64,000 nucleotides of DNA from an uncultured Actinomycetota bacterium (GTDB taxonomy: Bacteria; Actinomycetota; Actinomycetes; Actinomycetales; Kineosporiaceae), in assembly GCA_963821825.1 (NCBI GenBank), contig CAWGFD010000002.1:798734-862733 (forward strand), read 5' to 3'. Below the pieces are notes generated by a model. That model was not told the origin of the DNA. It made no database searches and saw only the letters and a program-made list of their open reading frames with translations. The position numbers were made by a program, and so were the translations under genes. Positions 16,779 through 23,870 of this stretch are shown one piece after another (the first letter of the stretch is position 1; each line of letters starts with the position of its first letter).

Positions 16779-17140
16779 GACCCGCTCGAGGAACCCTGCG
16801 CGGCGCCCCCGCCGGACCCGTTGGCGCTGCCGCCGCCGGCCCATCCCGGGACGATCCCGGAGGAGCTGCTGGAGGAGCCGCTCGACCCGGTGCCGGCGGT
16901 GCTGCCCGAACTGGTGGTGCCTGAGCCGGTGGTGCCTGAGCCGGTGGTGCCGGCGCCGGTGGTGCCTGAGCCGGTGGTGCCTGAGCCGGTGGTGCCTGAG
17001 CCGCTGGTGCCGTTCGTGCTGGACGCGCCGGTGCTTGCGGCGGCCTCGTGCACGACCACCGCGGTGCCGATGGCGGAGAGCGCGAGGACCCCCGTGGTGA
17101 TCGAGGCGATCCGCCTCAGGCCGGTCTCCCTGCTGGTCAT
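16775..17140 (-). CDS. Membrane-anchored Ser/Gly/Thr low-complexity protein with (GSGTT)n repeat
   Basis: ATG at 17140 is preceded by GAGGAGAGGA. N-terminus MTSRETGLRRIASITTGVLALSAIGTAVVV (N-in anchor), then about 90 aa of only S/G/T/A. First gene of the ATGA-coupled operon. Confidence 0.65.
   Translation of the reverse strand: MTSRETGLRRIASITTGVLALSAIGTAVVVHEAAASTGASSTNGTSGSGTTGSGTTGSGTTGAGTTGSGTTGSGTTSSGSTAGTGSSGSSSSSSGIVPGWAGGGSANGSGGGAAQGSSSGS
16913..17017. repeat. 15-bp in-frame tandem repeat (ggtggtgcctgagcc, about 7 copies) encoding GSGTT pentapeptides on the minus strand
   Basis: Units at 16913, 16928, 16943 (variant), 16958, 16973 and 16988, plus a degenerate copy. Confidence 0.9.
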
Positions 17141-17361
17141 GATGGTCCTCTCCTCGGTCTGCCCCGGTGCGGCCGGGGTTGCCGCCATGCGGCTGGCCTG
17201 CTCACCATCGTGGGTCCAGGGTGCCGGGCCCCGATGAGGGCGGGCTGTGTGCTCCCTGTGCACCTGAGAGATGGTTCAGCAGCGATCCGTGGTTGACCAC
17301 TCGCGCGTTGGTCGCCAGGGTGGGGGCGCCGGAGTGCAGAGTCGCGCGGAAGGACACGGAC

Positions 17362-18792
17362 ATGAGCCGACAGGTTGGCGACCAGGTGGAGACGACCGGG
17401 ATCTTCCGCCGCAAACCGATCGAGGCCGATGCCGAGCCCGACGGCCTCGAACGCAGCATCGGGCTCTGGCAGCTCACGGCGATCGGCCTCGGTGCGATCA
17501 TCGGGGCCGGCATCTTCGCCCTGGCCGGCCCGGTCGCCAAGACCACGGCCGGACCCGCGGTGTCCGTCTCGTTCATCATCGCCGGGATCGCCAGCGCCTG
17601 CGCCGCACTGTCCTACGCTGAGTTCGGCGGCCTCATCCCCAAGGCCGGGTCGGCCTACACCTACGGCTACGCCACCCTGGGGGAGTCCGTCGGCTGGTTC
17701 ATCGGCTGGGACCTGCTGCTGGAGTACACCGCCATCGTCGCCGTCGTGGCGATCGGGGTCTCCCAGTACATCGACTTCCTGTTCATCTCCTTCGGGGTGA
17801 ACCTGCCGCACTGGATGCTGGGTGCGCCGGGGACGGGTGACGGCCACCGGGTCGACCTGTCCGCGATGATCCTTTGCCTGGGGGTGGCCTGGCTGCTCAA
17901 CCAGGGGATCAAGACCAGCGCCCGGGTCGAGACCTACCTGGTCTTCGTCAAGATCGCGATCGTGCTGGCGGTGATCGTGGTCGGCGCCTTCTACGTCAAG
18001 GCCGACAACCTCTCGCCGTACTTCCCCTACGGGATCAGCGGCGCGGCCACCGGGGCGGCCACCGTCTTCTTCGCCGTCTTCGGCTACGACGCGATGAGCA
18101 CCGCGGCCGAGGAGTCCAAGGACGCCGAGCGCAACCTGCCGAAGGCGATCGTGATGTCGCTGGCGATCGCGATGGTGCTGTACCTGCTGGCGGCCACCGT
18201 GCTGACCGGCATGCAGAACTACAAGGACCTGTCCGCCTCGGCCGCCTTCGCCGTGGCCTTCGACTTCGTCGGCCAGCCGGCCTTCGCCAAGATCGTCGCC
18301 TTCGGCGCGATCATCGGCATCATCACGGTGCTGTTCTCCTTCTCCCTCGGCGCCTCACGGGTGTGGTTCGCGATCAGCCGGGACGGCCTGCTGCCGGGCT
18401 GGTTCGCCCGGACCAACCCCAAGGGCTCCCCGCACCGCCCGGTCTGGATCGTGGGCATCATCTCGGCCGGCATCGCCGGGCTGGTGCCGATCGGGGCGGC
18501 CGCCGAGCTGACCAACATCGGCATCCTGCTCGCCTTCGTGGTGGTCTCGGTCGCGGTGATCGTGCTGCGCTACCGCTCGCCGGAGCTGCCCCGCACCTTC
18601 CGGGCCCCGTTCATGCCCGTGACCCCGCTGCTGGGCATCGCCTTCTCGCTGTGGCTGGTGACCCAGCTGCAGTGGCAGACCTGGGCCCGGTTCCTCGGCT
18701 GGTTCCTGATCGGCATCGTGATCTATGGGCTGTACGGGTACCGGCACAGCAAGCTCGGCCACGGGGTCGTGGTGCAGACCGACGACGCCTGA
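17362..18792 (+). CDS. APC-superfamily amino acid permease (cationic amino acid transporter-like)
   Basis: Start MSRQVGDQ at 17362. LWQLTAIGLGAIIGAGIFALAG and 12-14 TM helices are typical of APC/CAT permeases. The upstream part of the track ORF (17167-) is discarded. Confidence 0.9.
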   Translation: MSRQVGDQVETTGIFRRKPIEADAEPDGLERSIGLWQLTAIGLGAIIGAGIFALAGPVAKTTAGPAVSVSFIIAGIASACAALSYAEFGGLIPKAGSAYTYGYATLGESVGWFIGWDLLLEYTAIVAVVAIGVSQYIDFLFISFGVNLPHWMLGAPGTGDGHRVDLSAMILCLGVAWLLNQGIKTSARVETYLVFVKIAIVLAVIVVGAFYVKADNLSPYFPYGISGAATGAATVFFAVFGYDAMSTAAEESKDAERNLPKAIVMSLAIAMVLYLLAATVLTGMQNYKDLSASAAFAVAFDFVGQPAFAKIVAFGAIIGIITVLFSFSLGASRVWFAISRDGLLPGWFARTNPKGSPHRPVWIVGIISAGIAGLVPIGAAAELTNIGILLAFVVVSVAVIVLRYRSPELPRTFRAPFMPVTPLLGIAFSLWLVTQLQWQTWARFLGWFLIGIVIYGLYGYRHSKLGHGVVVQTDDA

Positions 18793-18909
18793 GCCGGCGG
18801 CCCGCCACTGAGGCTCCAGCCGTGCCTCTCGGTGAAGTGTGACCACCTGTGGGTCACCTTGCGCCTATCCTGGTCACGCCGGAGCGTGGCGGGGGCGCCC
18901 CGGCGGGTC

Positions 18910-18947
18910 AGGGTGCGGGGCGGTCGGCGGCGACCGCCCCGCACCCT
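18910..18947. other. Perfect 16-bp-stem hairpin (agggtgcggggcggtc-ggcggc-gaccgccccgcaccct)
   Basis: Seen directly. Lies 118 nt after the permease stop and 38 nt before the HAD GTG start. Could be a terminator or an attenuator-type element. No U-tract. Confidence 0.4.
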
Positions 18948-18984
18948 GCGCCGGTCGGCGGCCGTTGCCTGCCAGGATGAGCGG

Positions 18985-19767
18985 GTGCAGCTGGTGGCCT
19001 CGGACCTGGACGGGACGCTCGTCCGTCCGGACGGGTCGATCTCCGAGCGCACCCTGCGCGTGCTGCGCCGCTGCGAGAACCGCTCGGTGGACGTCCTGTT
19101 CGTCACCGGCCGCCCACCACGCTGGCTGGCGCCGGTGGCGCACGCCTGCGGTCACCACGGGCTGGTGGTCTGCGCCAACGGTGCCGCGGTCTACGACCTG
19201 CAGAACGAGCGGCTGCGCTCGGTCCGGGCGCTGACCGAGCAGGCGGTGCTGGAGGTCGCCGACCGTCTGCACGAGGTGATGCCCGGGGCGGTGTTCGCGG
19301 TGGAGACCACCGCGGGTCACCGTCGTCAGCCCGGCCGTGAGGGCGGGCCGACCGGGGACCGGTCTTCGCTGCCCGCCCTGCTGGACGGCACGCCGGTGCT
19401 GAAGCTGCTCTGCCGGGTGCCGGAGGGCTCGGCGGACGAGCTGCTGGCCCTGGCCCGGGTCGAGCTGGCCGGCCTGGCCGAACCCGTGCACTCCAACCCG
19501 AGGGACAACCTGATCGAGATCGCCGCGCCCGGGGTCAGCAAGGCGTCCACCCTGGCCGTGGTGGCGGCCGAGCGGGGCGTGCCGCCGGCGGAGGTGGTGG
19601 CCTTCGGGGACATGCCGAACGACGTACCGATGCTGCGCTGGGCGGGGGTGGGGTACGCGATGGCCGACGGTCACCCGGAAGCGATCGCCGCCGCCGACCG
19701 GACGGCGCCACCGTGCGCTCAGGACGGCGTCGCGCAGGTGCTGGAGAGGCTGCTCGCCGAAGCCTGA
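18985..19767 (+). CDS. HAD-superfamily Cof-type phosphatase
   Basis: GTG at 18985 gives VQLVASDLDGTLV (motif I). FGDMPNDVPML is motif III. Paralogous in architecture to the gene at 3967-4917. Confidence 0.8.
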   Translation: MQLVASDLDGTLVRPDGSISERTLRVLRRCENRSVDVLFVTGRPPRWLAPVAHACGHHGLVVCANGAAVYDLQNERLRSVRALTEQAVLEVADRLHEVMPGAVFAVETTAGHRRQPGREGGPTGDRSSLPALLDGTPVLKLLCRVPEGSADELLALARVELAGLAEPVHSNPRDNLIEIAAPGVSKASTLAVVAAERGVPPAEVVAFGDMPNDVPMLRWAGVGYAMADGHPEAIAAADRTAPPCAQDGVAQVLERLLAEA

Positions 19768-19780
19768 GCCGGCCCCGGTT

Positions 19781-19817
19781 GTGGTCAGCCCTGCGTGGTC
19801 AGCCCCGCGTGGTCAGC
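19781..19817. repeat. 14-bp tandem repeat (gtggtcagccc[t/c]gc x 2.6) spanning the stop codon of the 19799-20293 gene
   Basis: Direct reading. Each copy carries tca (TGA on the minus strand), so the stop-codon region is duplicated. Confidence 0.7.
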
Positions 19818-20293
19818 TCGGCCAGCACCGTCTCGGCCAGCCGGACCTGGTCCCGGGCCCGGCCGGCGGCCCGCTCGGCGGCGGCGACCGCGGCACCGCG
19901 CTCGGCCGGCATGGTCCGGGCCATGAACGCGGCCTGCGCGCTCTGCGCGGCGAGCTGACCGGCCCGGGACAGGGCGCGGTGCACGTCCAGCCACCGGCCG
20001 CCGTCGCCGCCCGGGACGTCCATGGTGTCGGTGGGCCTGGCCAGCTGCACGCCCTCGGCCACCACCTGGGCGCTCTCGGTCGTCCGGGCCAGCACGTCCA
20101 GGACAGCGGCCAGCTCCGCCCGCAGCGGCGGCGGGCTGCCGGCCACGACGTCGTGCGCCCGGTCGACCGCTCGGCGCAGGGTGTCGTGGTCGCGCCGCCA
20201 GACGCCCAGGCCCAGCGCGCGGTCCGGCCCGGTACGGACGGCGCCGGGACGGCGGGCCAGCACCCGCTGGACGCGCCGGCGCAGCGAGGTCAC
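19799..20293 (-). CDS. Hypothetical all-helical Ala/Arg-rich protein, 20 nt downstream of bpa on the same strand
   Basis: 164-aa ORF with G/C-rich third positions. No motif recognised. Confidence 0.5.
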   Translation of the reverse strand: MTSLRRRVQRVLARRPGAVRTGPDRALGLGVWRRDHDTLRRAVDRAHDVVAGSPPPLRAELAAVLDVLARTTESAQVVAEGVQLARPTDTMDVPGGDGGRWLDVHRALSRAGQLAAQSAQAAFMARTMPAERGAAVAAAERAAGRARDQVRLAETVLAELTTRG

Positions 20294-20312
20294 CCGAGCG
20301 TGAGCCGACAGG

Positions 20313-20888
20313 TCACAGGTACTGGCCGGTGCTGCGTGGCCCGTCGGGCTCCCCGCCCGGGTGGGCGCCCGGACCCATCGGGCCGGGCAGCGCCCGGCGC
20401 ATCTGCTCCAGCTGCGAGCGGGCCGCGACCTGCTGGGCGAACAGCGCGGTCTGGATGCCGTGGAAGAGTCCCTCCAGCCAGCCGACCAGCTGGGCCTGGG
20501 CGATCCGCAGCTCTGCGTCGCTGGGGGCCTGGCTGCCGGTGAACGGCAGCGTGATCCGCTCCAGCTCCTCGACCAGCTCGGGGGCCAGGCCGTCCTCCAG
20601 CTCCTTGATCGAGCGGGTGTGGATCTCGGCGAGCCGGGTCCGGCCGGCCTCGTCCAGCGGGGCGCTGCGCACCTCCTCCAGGAGCTGCTTGATCATGCTG
20701 CCGATCCGCATCACCTTGGCGGGCTGCTCGACCTGGTGCGCCGGGTTCTGGCCGGGCTCGGCGTCCGGGCCGGTCACGGCCATCCCGTCGGGGGTGACGA
20801 CCAGGACCCGGTCGGTGCCCCGCGTGGTCTCGGCTGCGGGTCCGGGCTCGTCCGGGGTCGGCTGAGGCTGCGAAGGCTGAGAGGTCAT
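20313..20888 (-). CDS. bpa: Bacterial proteasome activator (Bpa/PafE, DUF2587)
   Basis: C-terminus ...PDGPRSTGQYL-stop carries the GQYL 20S-docking motif. The helical core VMRIGSMIKQLLEEVR...LRIAQAQLVGWLEGLFHGIQTALFAQQ matches the Bpa four-helix bundle. ATG at 20888. Confidence 0.85.
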   Translation of the reverse strand: MTSQPSQPQPTPDEPGPAAETTRGTDRVLVVTPDGMAVTGPDAEPGQNPAHQVEQPAKVMRIGSMIKQLLEEVRSAPLDEAGRTRLAEIHTRSIKELEDGLAPELVEELERITLPFTGSQAPSDAELRIAQAQLVGWLEGLFHGIQTALFAQQVAARSQLEQMRRALPGPMGPGAHPGGEPDGPRSTGQYL

Positions 20889-20964
20889 CCCCCCATTTTG
20901 ACCCCCGTGGGGTGGGCGCGCAGATCCCGCCCGGTCCTCGCCCACCGGTCCCATCCCCGCACCG

Positions 20965-21318
20965 TCAGGGCGCCAGGACGTGCAGGATCGCCGAGGTGAC
21001 CCGGATGGTGACCTCCCCGCGCGGCTTGCGGTCCGTCTCGGTGGGGTGACCGGGCCGGGTGGCGGTGACCTCGCCGTCCACGAGCAGCGCGAACCGCTCC
21101 CCGGGCGGGGCCGGCCACAGCAGGCTGACCAGCGGTCGCTCCCCGGCGTTGGCCACCGACCGGTGGCCGGCCCGCACCTGCGCCGTGCCCGGCTGCCAGG
21201 CGACCTGCACCGCGGCCGCGCGGGGCCGTCCGGTGGCGTCCACGGTGAGCAGCATCGGCACGGTGCCGAACCGGTCGGCCACCTCCAGCAGCCGGTCGAG
21301 CTCCACCTTCTCGGTCAT
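20965..21318 (-). CDS. Pyridoxamine 5'-phosphate oxidase-like FMN-binding split-barrel protein
   Basis: ATG at 21318 is preceded by AGGAGG. 117 aa: MTEKVELDRLLEVADRFGTVPMLLTVDATGRPRAAAV... ATGA overlap with the upstream AraC gene. Confidence 0.6.
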   Translation of the reverse strand: MTEKVELDRLLEVADRFGTVPMLLTVDATGRPRAAAVQVAWQPGTAQVRAGHRSVANAGERPLVSLLWPAPPGERFALLVDGEVTATRPGHPTETDRKPRGEVTIRVTSAILHVLAP

Positions 21319-22103
21319 CGCCCCTCCTGGGTCGTGGTCGTCGTGCTGGTCCGGTTCGTCGTGCTGGTCCGGTCCGGCCGCCGGCCGCCGGAGCGGGTCC
21401 GGTACTGTCCCGGGCTCATCCCGGTCACCTTGGTGAACCGCCGAGTGAGCGCCGCCTGGTCGTAGAAGCCGCACCGGCCGGCGATCTGCGCGATCGGCTG
21501 CTCGGTGCCGGACAGCAGCCGCGCCGCCTCGTCGATCCGCACCCGCAGCACGTACTGCTTGACGGTGATGCCCAGCGCCCGGCGCATCCGGCGTTCCAGC
21601 TGCGCGGCCGACAGGCCGGCCACGGCGGCCAGCTCCTCGACCCGCAGCGGCTCGGCGAAGCGGGCGCGGACCAGCTCCAGCGCGGCGTTCAGCCCGGTCA
21701 GACCTGGTCGGGGGCCTGCGGGTCCGTCCTCCAGCCCCGTCCGCAGGTCCACCGAGATGGCCACCACCGCGCTGACCCGCCCGTCGCCGTCGCGCAGCGG
21801 GGACTTGGTGGTCACGTACCAGCCGATACCGCCGTCCGGCCTGGTGATCATCTCCAGCCGACCCTGCACGGCGCGCCCGGACCCGATCACCTGACGGTCC
21901 TGCTCCTCGTAGGAGTGGGCCAGCTCGGCCGGGAACAGCTCGGCCGCGGTGCGACCGAGGACCTCGGCCGGCGCGCGGCAGCCGGCCCGGTCGGCGAAGG
22001 CCTGGTTCACGGCCGTGTAGCGGCCGTCCAGGTCCTTGACGCTGAACATCACGTGCGGCAGGCCGACGTACAGCTCGGCGAGCGCGCCCGGGTCCACCTC
22101 CAC
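21315..22103 (-). CDS. PAS-domain AraC/XylS-family transcriptional regulator
   Basis: C-terminal double HTH (LRVEELAAVAGLSAAQLERRMRR..., IAQIAGRCGFYDQAALTRRFTKVTGMSPGQYR). N-terminal PAS-like segment (MFSVKDLDGRYTAVNQAFADRAG). Start taken as GTG at 22103; the upstream part of the track ORF is a shadow of argA. Confidence 0.8.
   Translation of the reverse strand: MEVDPGALAELYVGLPHVMFSVKDLDGRYTAVNQAFADRAGCRAPAEVLGRTAAELFPAELAHSYEEQDRQVIGSGRAVQGRLEMITRPDGGIGWYVTTKSPLRDGDGRVSAVVAISVDLRTGLEDGPAGPRPGLTGLNAALELVRARFAEPLRVEELAAVAGLSAAQLERRMRRALGITVKQYVLRVRIDEAARLLSGTEQPIAQIAGRCGFYDQAALTRRFTKVTGMSPGQYRTRSGGRRPDRTSTTNRTSTTTTTQEGR
21340..21375. repeat. 18-bp in-frame direct duplication encoding RTSTTN-RTSTTT at the AraC C-terminus
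   Basis: gtcgtgctggtccggttc followed by gtcgtgctggtccggtcc. Confidence 0.7.
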
Positions 22104-22181
22104 CCGCCCATCCTGGCCCGCGCGGCGGCCGGCAGCGCCCCGCGGCCGGCCGGCCCGGCGCGCCGGGCTACTGTCCCGCGG

Positions 22182-23540
22182 ATGGGGACCGGTCCGCAGC
22201 CGCGCGTCGAGGTTGGCGCTGAACAGTTCGTGGCCACGCTGCGGGCGGCGGCCCCGTACGTGCACGCTCACCACGGCCGGACGTTCGTGATCGCGTTCCC
22301 GGGGGAGATCTGCGCCCGGGCGGACGTCGACCGGCTGCTGGCCGACGTGGCGCTGCTGTCCAGCCTCGGCGTGCGCCTGGTGCTCGTGCACGGCGCCCGC
22401 CCCCAGATCGAGGCCGAGCTGGAGGTCCGGGGGCTGCCCTCGGTGTTCAGCGGCGATCTGAGGGTCACCGATGAGGCGACGATGACGGCCGTGAAGGCGG
22501 CGGTCGGGGTGCTCCGGATGGACATCGAGGCCCGCCTGTCCTCCAGCCTCAGCAACACCCCGATGGCCGGCGCGCGACTGCGGGTGGTCGGGGGCACCTG
22601 GGTGACCGCGCGGCCGGTCGGTGTCCGGGGTGGCATCGACCACCTGCTCACCGGTCTGGTCCGCAAGGTCGACATCGCCGAGATCCGGCAGGCGATCACC
22701 ACCGAGCGGATCGTGCTGCTGTCCCCGGTCGGCTACTCACCCACCGGGGAGGCGTTCAACCTGCGCAACGCCGACATCGCCGAGGCGGTGGCGACCGGGC
22801 TCGGGGCGGACAAGCTGATCTTCGTGATGGAGTCCGAGCCCGGCACCTGGCGGCTGGCCGGTTCGGCCGGGGACGCCGGGCAGCTGCCGCTGTCCACCGC
22901 CGAACGGCTGCTCGGCGGCGACCTGGCCGAGGGGCTGTCCATCGAGGACCGCAACTGTGTCCGGGCCGGGCTGTCCGCCGGCCGCTCGGGCGTGCGCCGG
23001 GTGCACCTGATCGGCGCCGAGGGCCCCAGCCCGTTGCTGCGCGAGCTCTACACCCGGGACGGCGCCGGCCTGATGTTCTCCTCCGCCCAGGACTACGAGT
23101 CCACCCGGGACGCCACGGTGGACGACGTCGCGGGGATCATGCAGCTGATCGGCCCGATGGAGCGGGCCGGCATCCTGGTGCCGCGCAGCCGTGAGCAGCT
23201 GGAGCTGGACGTGCACACCTTCTCGGTGATGGTCCGCGACGGCATGGTGATCGCCTGCTACTCCCTGGTGGAGTACCCGGAGGACGCCGCGGCCGAGTTC
23301 GCGTGCGTCGCCGTGCACCCGGACTACCGGGGCCGCGACCTGGCCGCCTCGCTGCTGCGCCGGGCCCGGGCCACCGCCCGGGAGCGGGGCCTGACCCGGC
23401 TGTTCGCGCTGACCACCCGCACGCCGCACTGGTTCCTCGAGCACGGCTTCGTGCACGGTGCGAGGGCCGACCTGCCGGGCCGCCGGCGGGCCGGTTACGA
23501 CGCCGGGCGCAACTCCCTGGTGCTGATCGACGAGCTGTGA
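22182..23540 (+). CDS. argA: Amino-acid N-acetyltransferase, two-domain N-acetylglutamate synthase type (kinase-like domain plus GNAT)
   Basis: ATG at 22182. FVATLRAAAPYVHAHHGRTFVIAFPGE aligns with the E. coli ArgA N-terminus ([23 protein letters not shown]). C-terminal GNAT domain (FACVAVHPDYRGRDLAASLL). Confidence 0.85.
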   Translation: MGTGPQPRVEVGAEQFVATLRAAAPYVHAHHGRTFVIAFPGEICARADVDRLLADVALLSSLGVRLVLVHGARPQIEAELEVRGLPSVFSGDLRVTDEATMTAVKAAVGVLRMDIEARLSSSLSNTPMAGARLRVVGGTWVTARPVGVRGGIDHLLTGLVRKVDIAEIRQAITTERIVLLSPVGYSPTGEAFNLRNADIAEAVATGLGADKLIFVMESEPGTWRLAGSAGDAGQLPLSTAERLLGGDLAEGLSIEDRNCVRAGLSAGRSGVRRVHLIGAEGPSPLLRELYTRDGAGLMFSSAQDYESTRDATVDDVAGIMQLIGPMERAGILVPRSREQLELDVHTFSVMVRDGMVIACYSLVEYPEDAAAEFACVAVHPDYRGRDLAASLLRRARATARERGLTRLFALTTRTPHWFLEHGFVHGARADLPGRRRAGYDAGRNSLVLIDEL

Positions 23541-23556
23541 GCCGCGCCGCCGGCGG

Positions 23557-23799
23557 CTAGTGCTGACCGGGCGGGCCGTTCGGGTCCAGGTTGCGCGCTC
23601 GCCACCACAGCAGCACCCCGAGCACGACCAGGGCGTAGCAGATCAGCTGGAGGAAGCCGGCGCCGATGTTCGGGCCGCCCCAGAAGTCGGGGAAGGCGCG
23701 GGCCGCCAGGTGGTTGGCCAGCGCACCCACAACCCCGACCAGGGCGACCAGCAGCCCGGTCAGCGGTCGGATCAGCAGGGGACGACGGCTCGGGCTCAC
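23557..23799 (-). CDS. Small two-TM membrane protein (hypothetical)
   Basis: GTG at 23799 is preceded by GGAGAG. 80 aa with two hydrophobic helices. The longer track ORF runs through the microsatellite into the PLA2 gene and is rejected. Confidence 0.45.
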   Translation of the reverse strand: MSPSRRPLLIRPLTGLLVALVGVVGALANHLAARAFPDFWGGPNIGAGFLQLICYALVVLGVLLWWRARNLDPNGPPGQH

Positions 23800-23815
23800 A
23801 GCTCTCCGATCGTGG

Positions 23816-23857
23816 GTGCTGGTGCTGGTGCTGGTGCTGGTGCTGGTGCTGGTGCTG
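23816..23857. repeat. Hexanucleotide microsatellite (GTGCTG)7
   Basis: Seven perfect copies, followed by degenerate ggtgctgggtggg. Lies in the 71-bp spacer between the PLA2 stop (23871) and the small membrane gene start (23799). Confidence 0.95.
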
Positions 23858-23870
23858 GGTGCTGGGTGGG

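Noticed and set aside
17141-17361. Possible riboswitch or leader RNA upstream of the amino-acid permease (221-bp divergent intergenic region)
   Set aside because: I could not match it to any riboswitch consensus I know (lysine, glycine, ydaO/c-di-AMP, SAM, TPP). It is probably just two divergent promoters. An Rfam scan would settle it.
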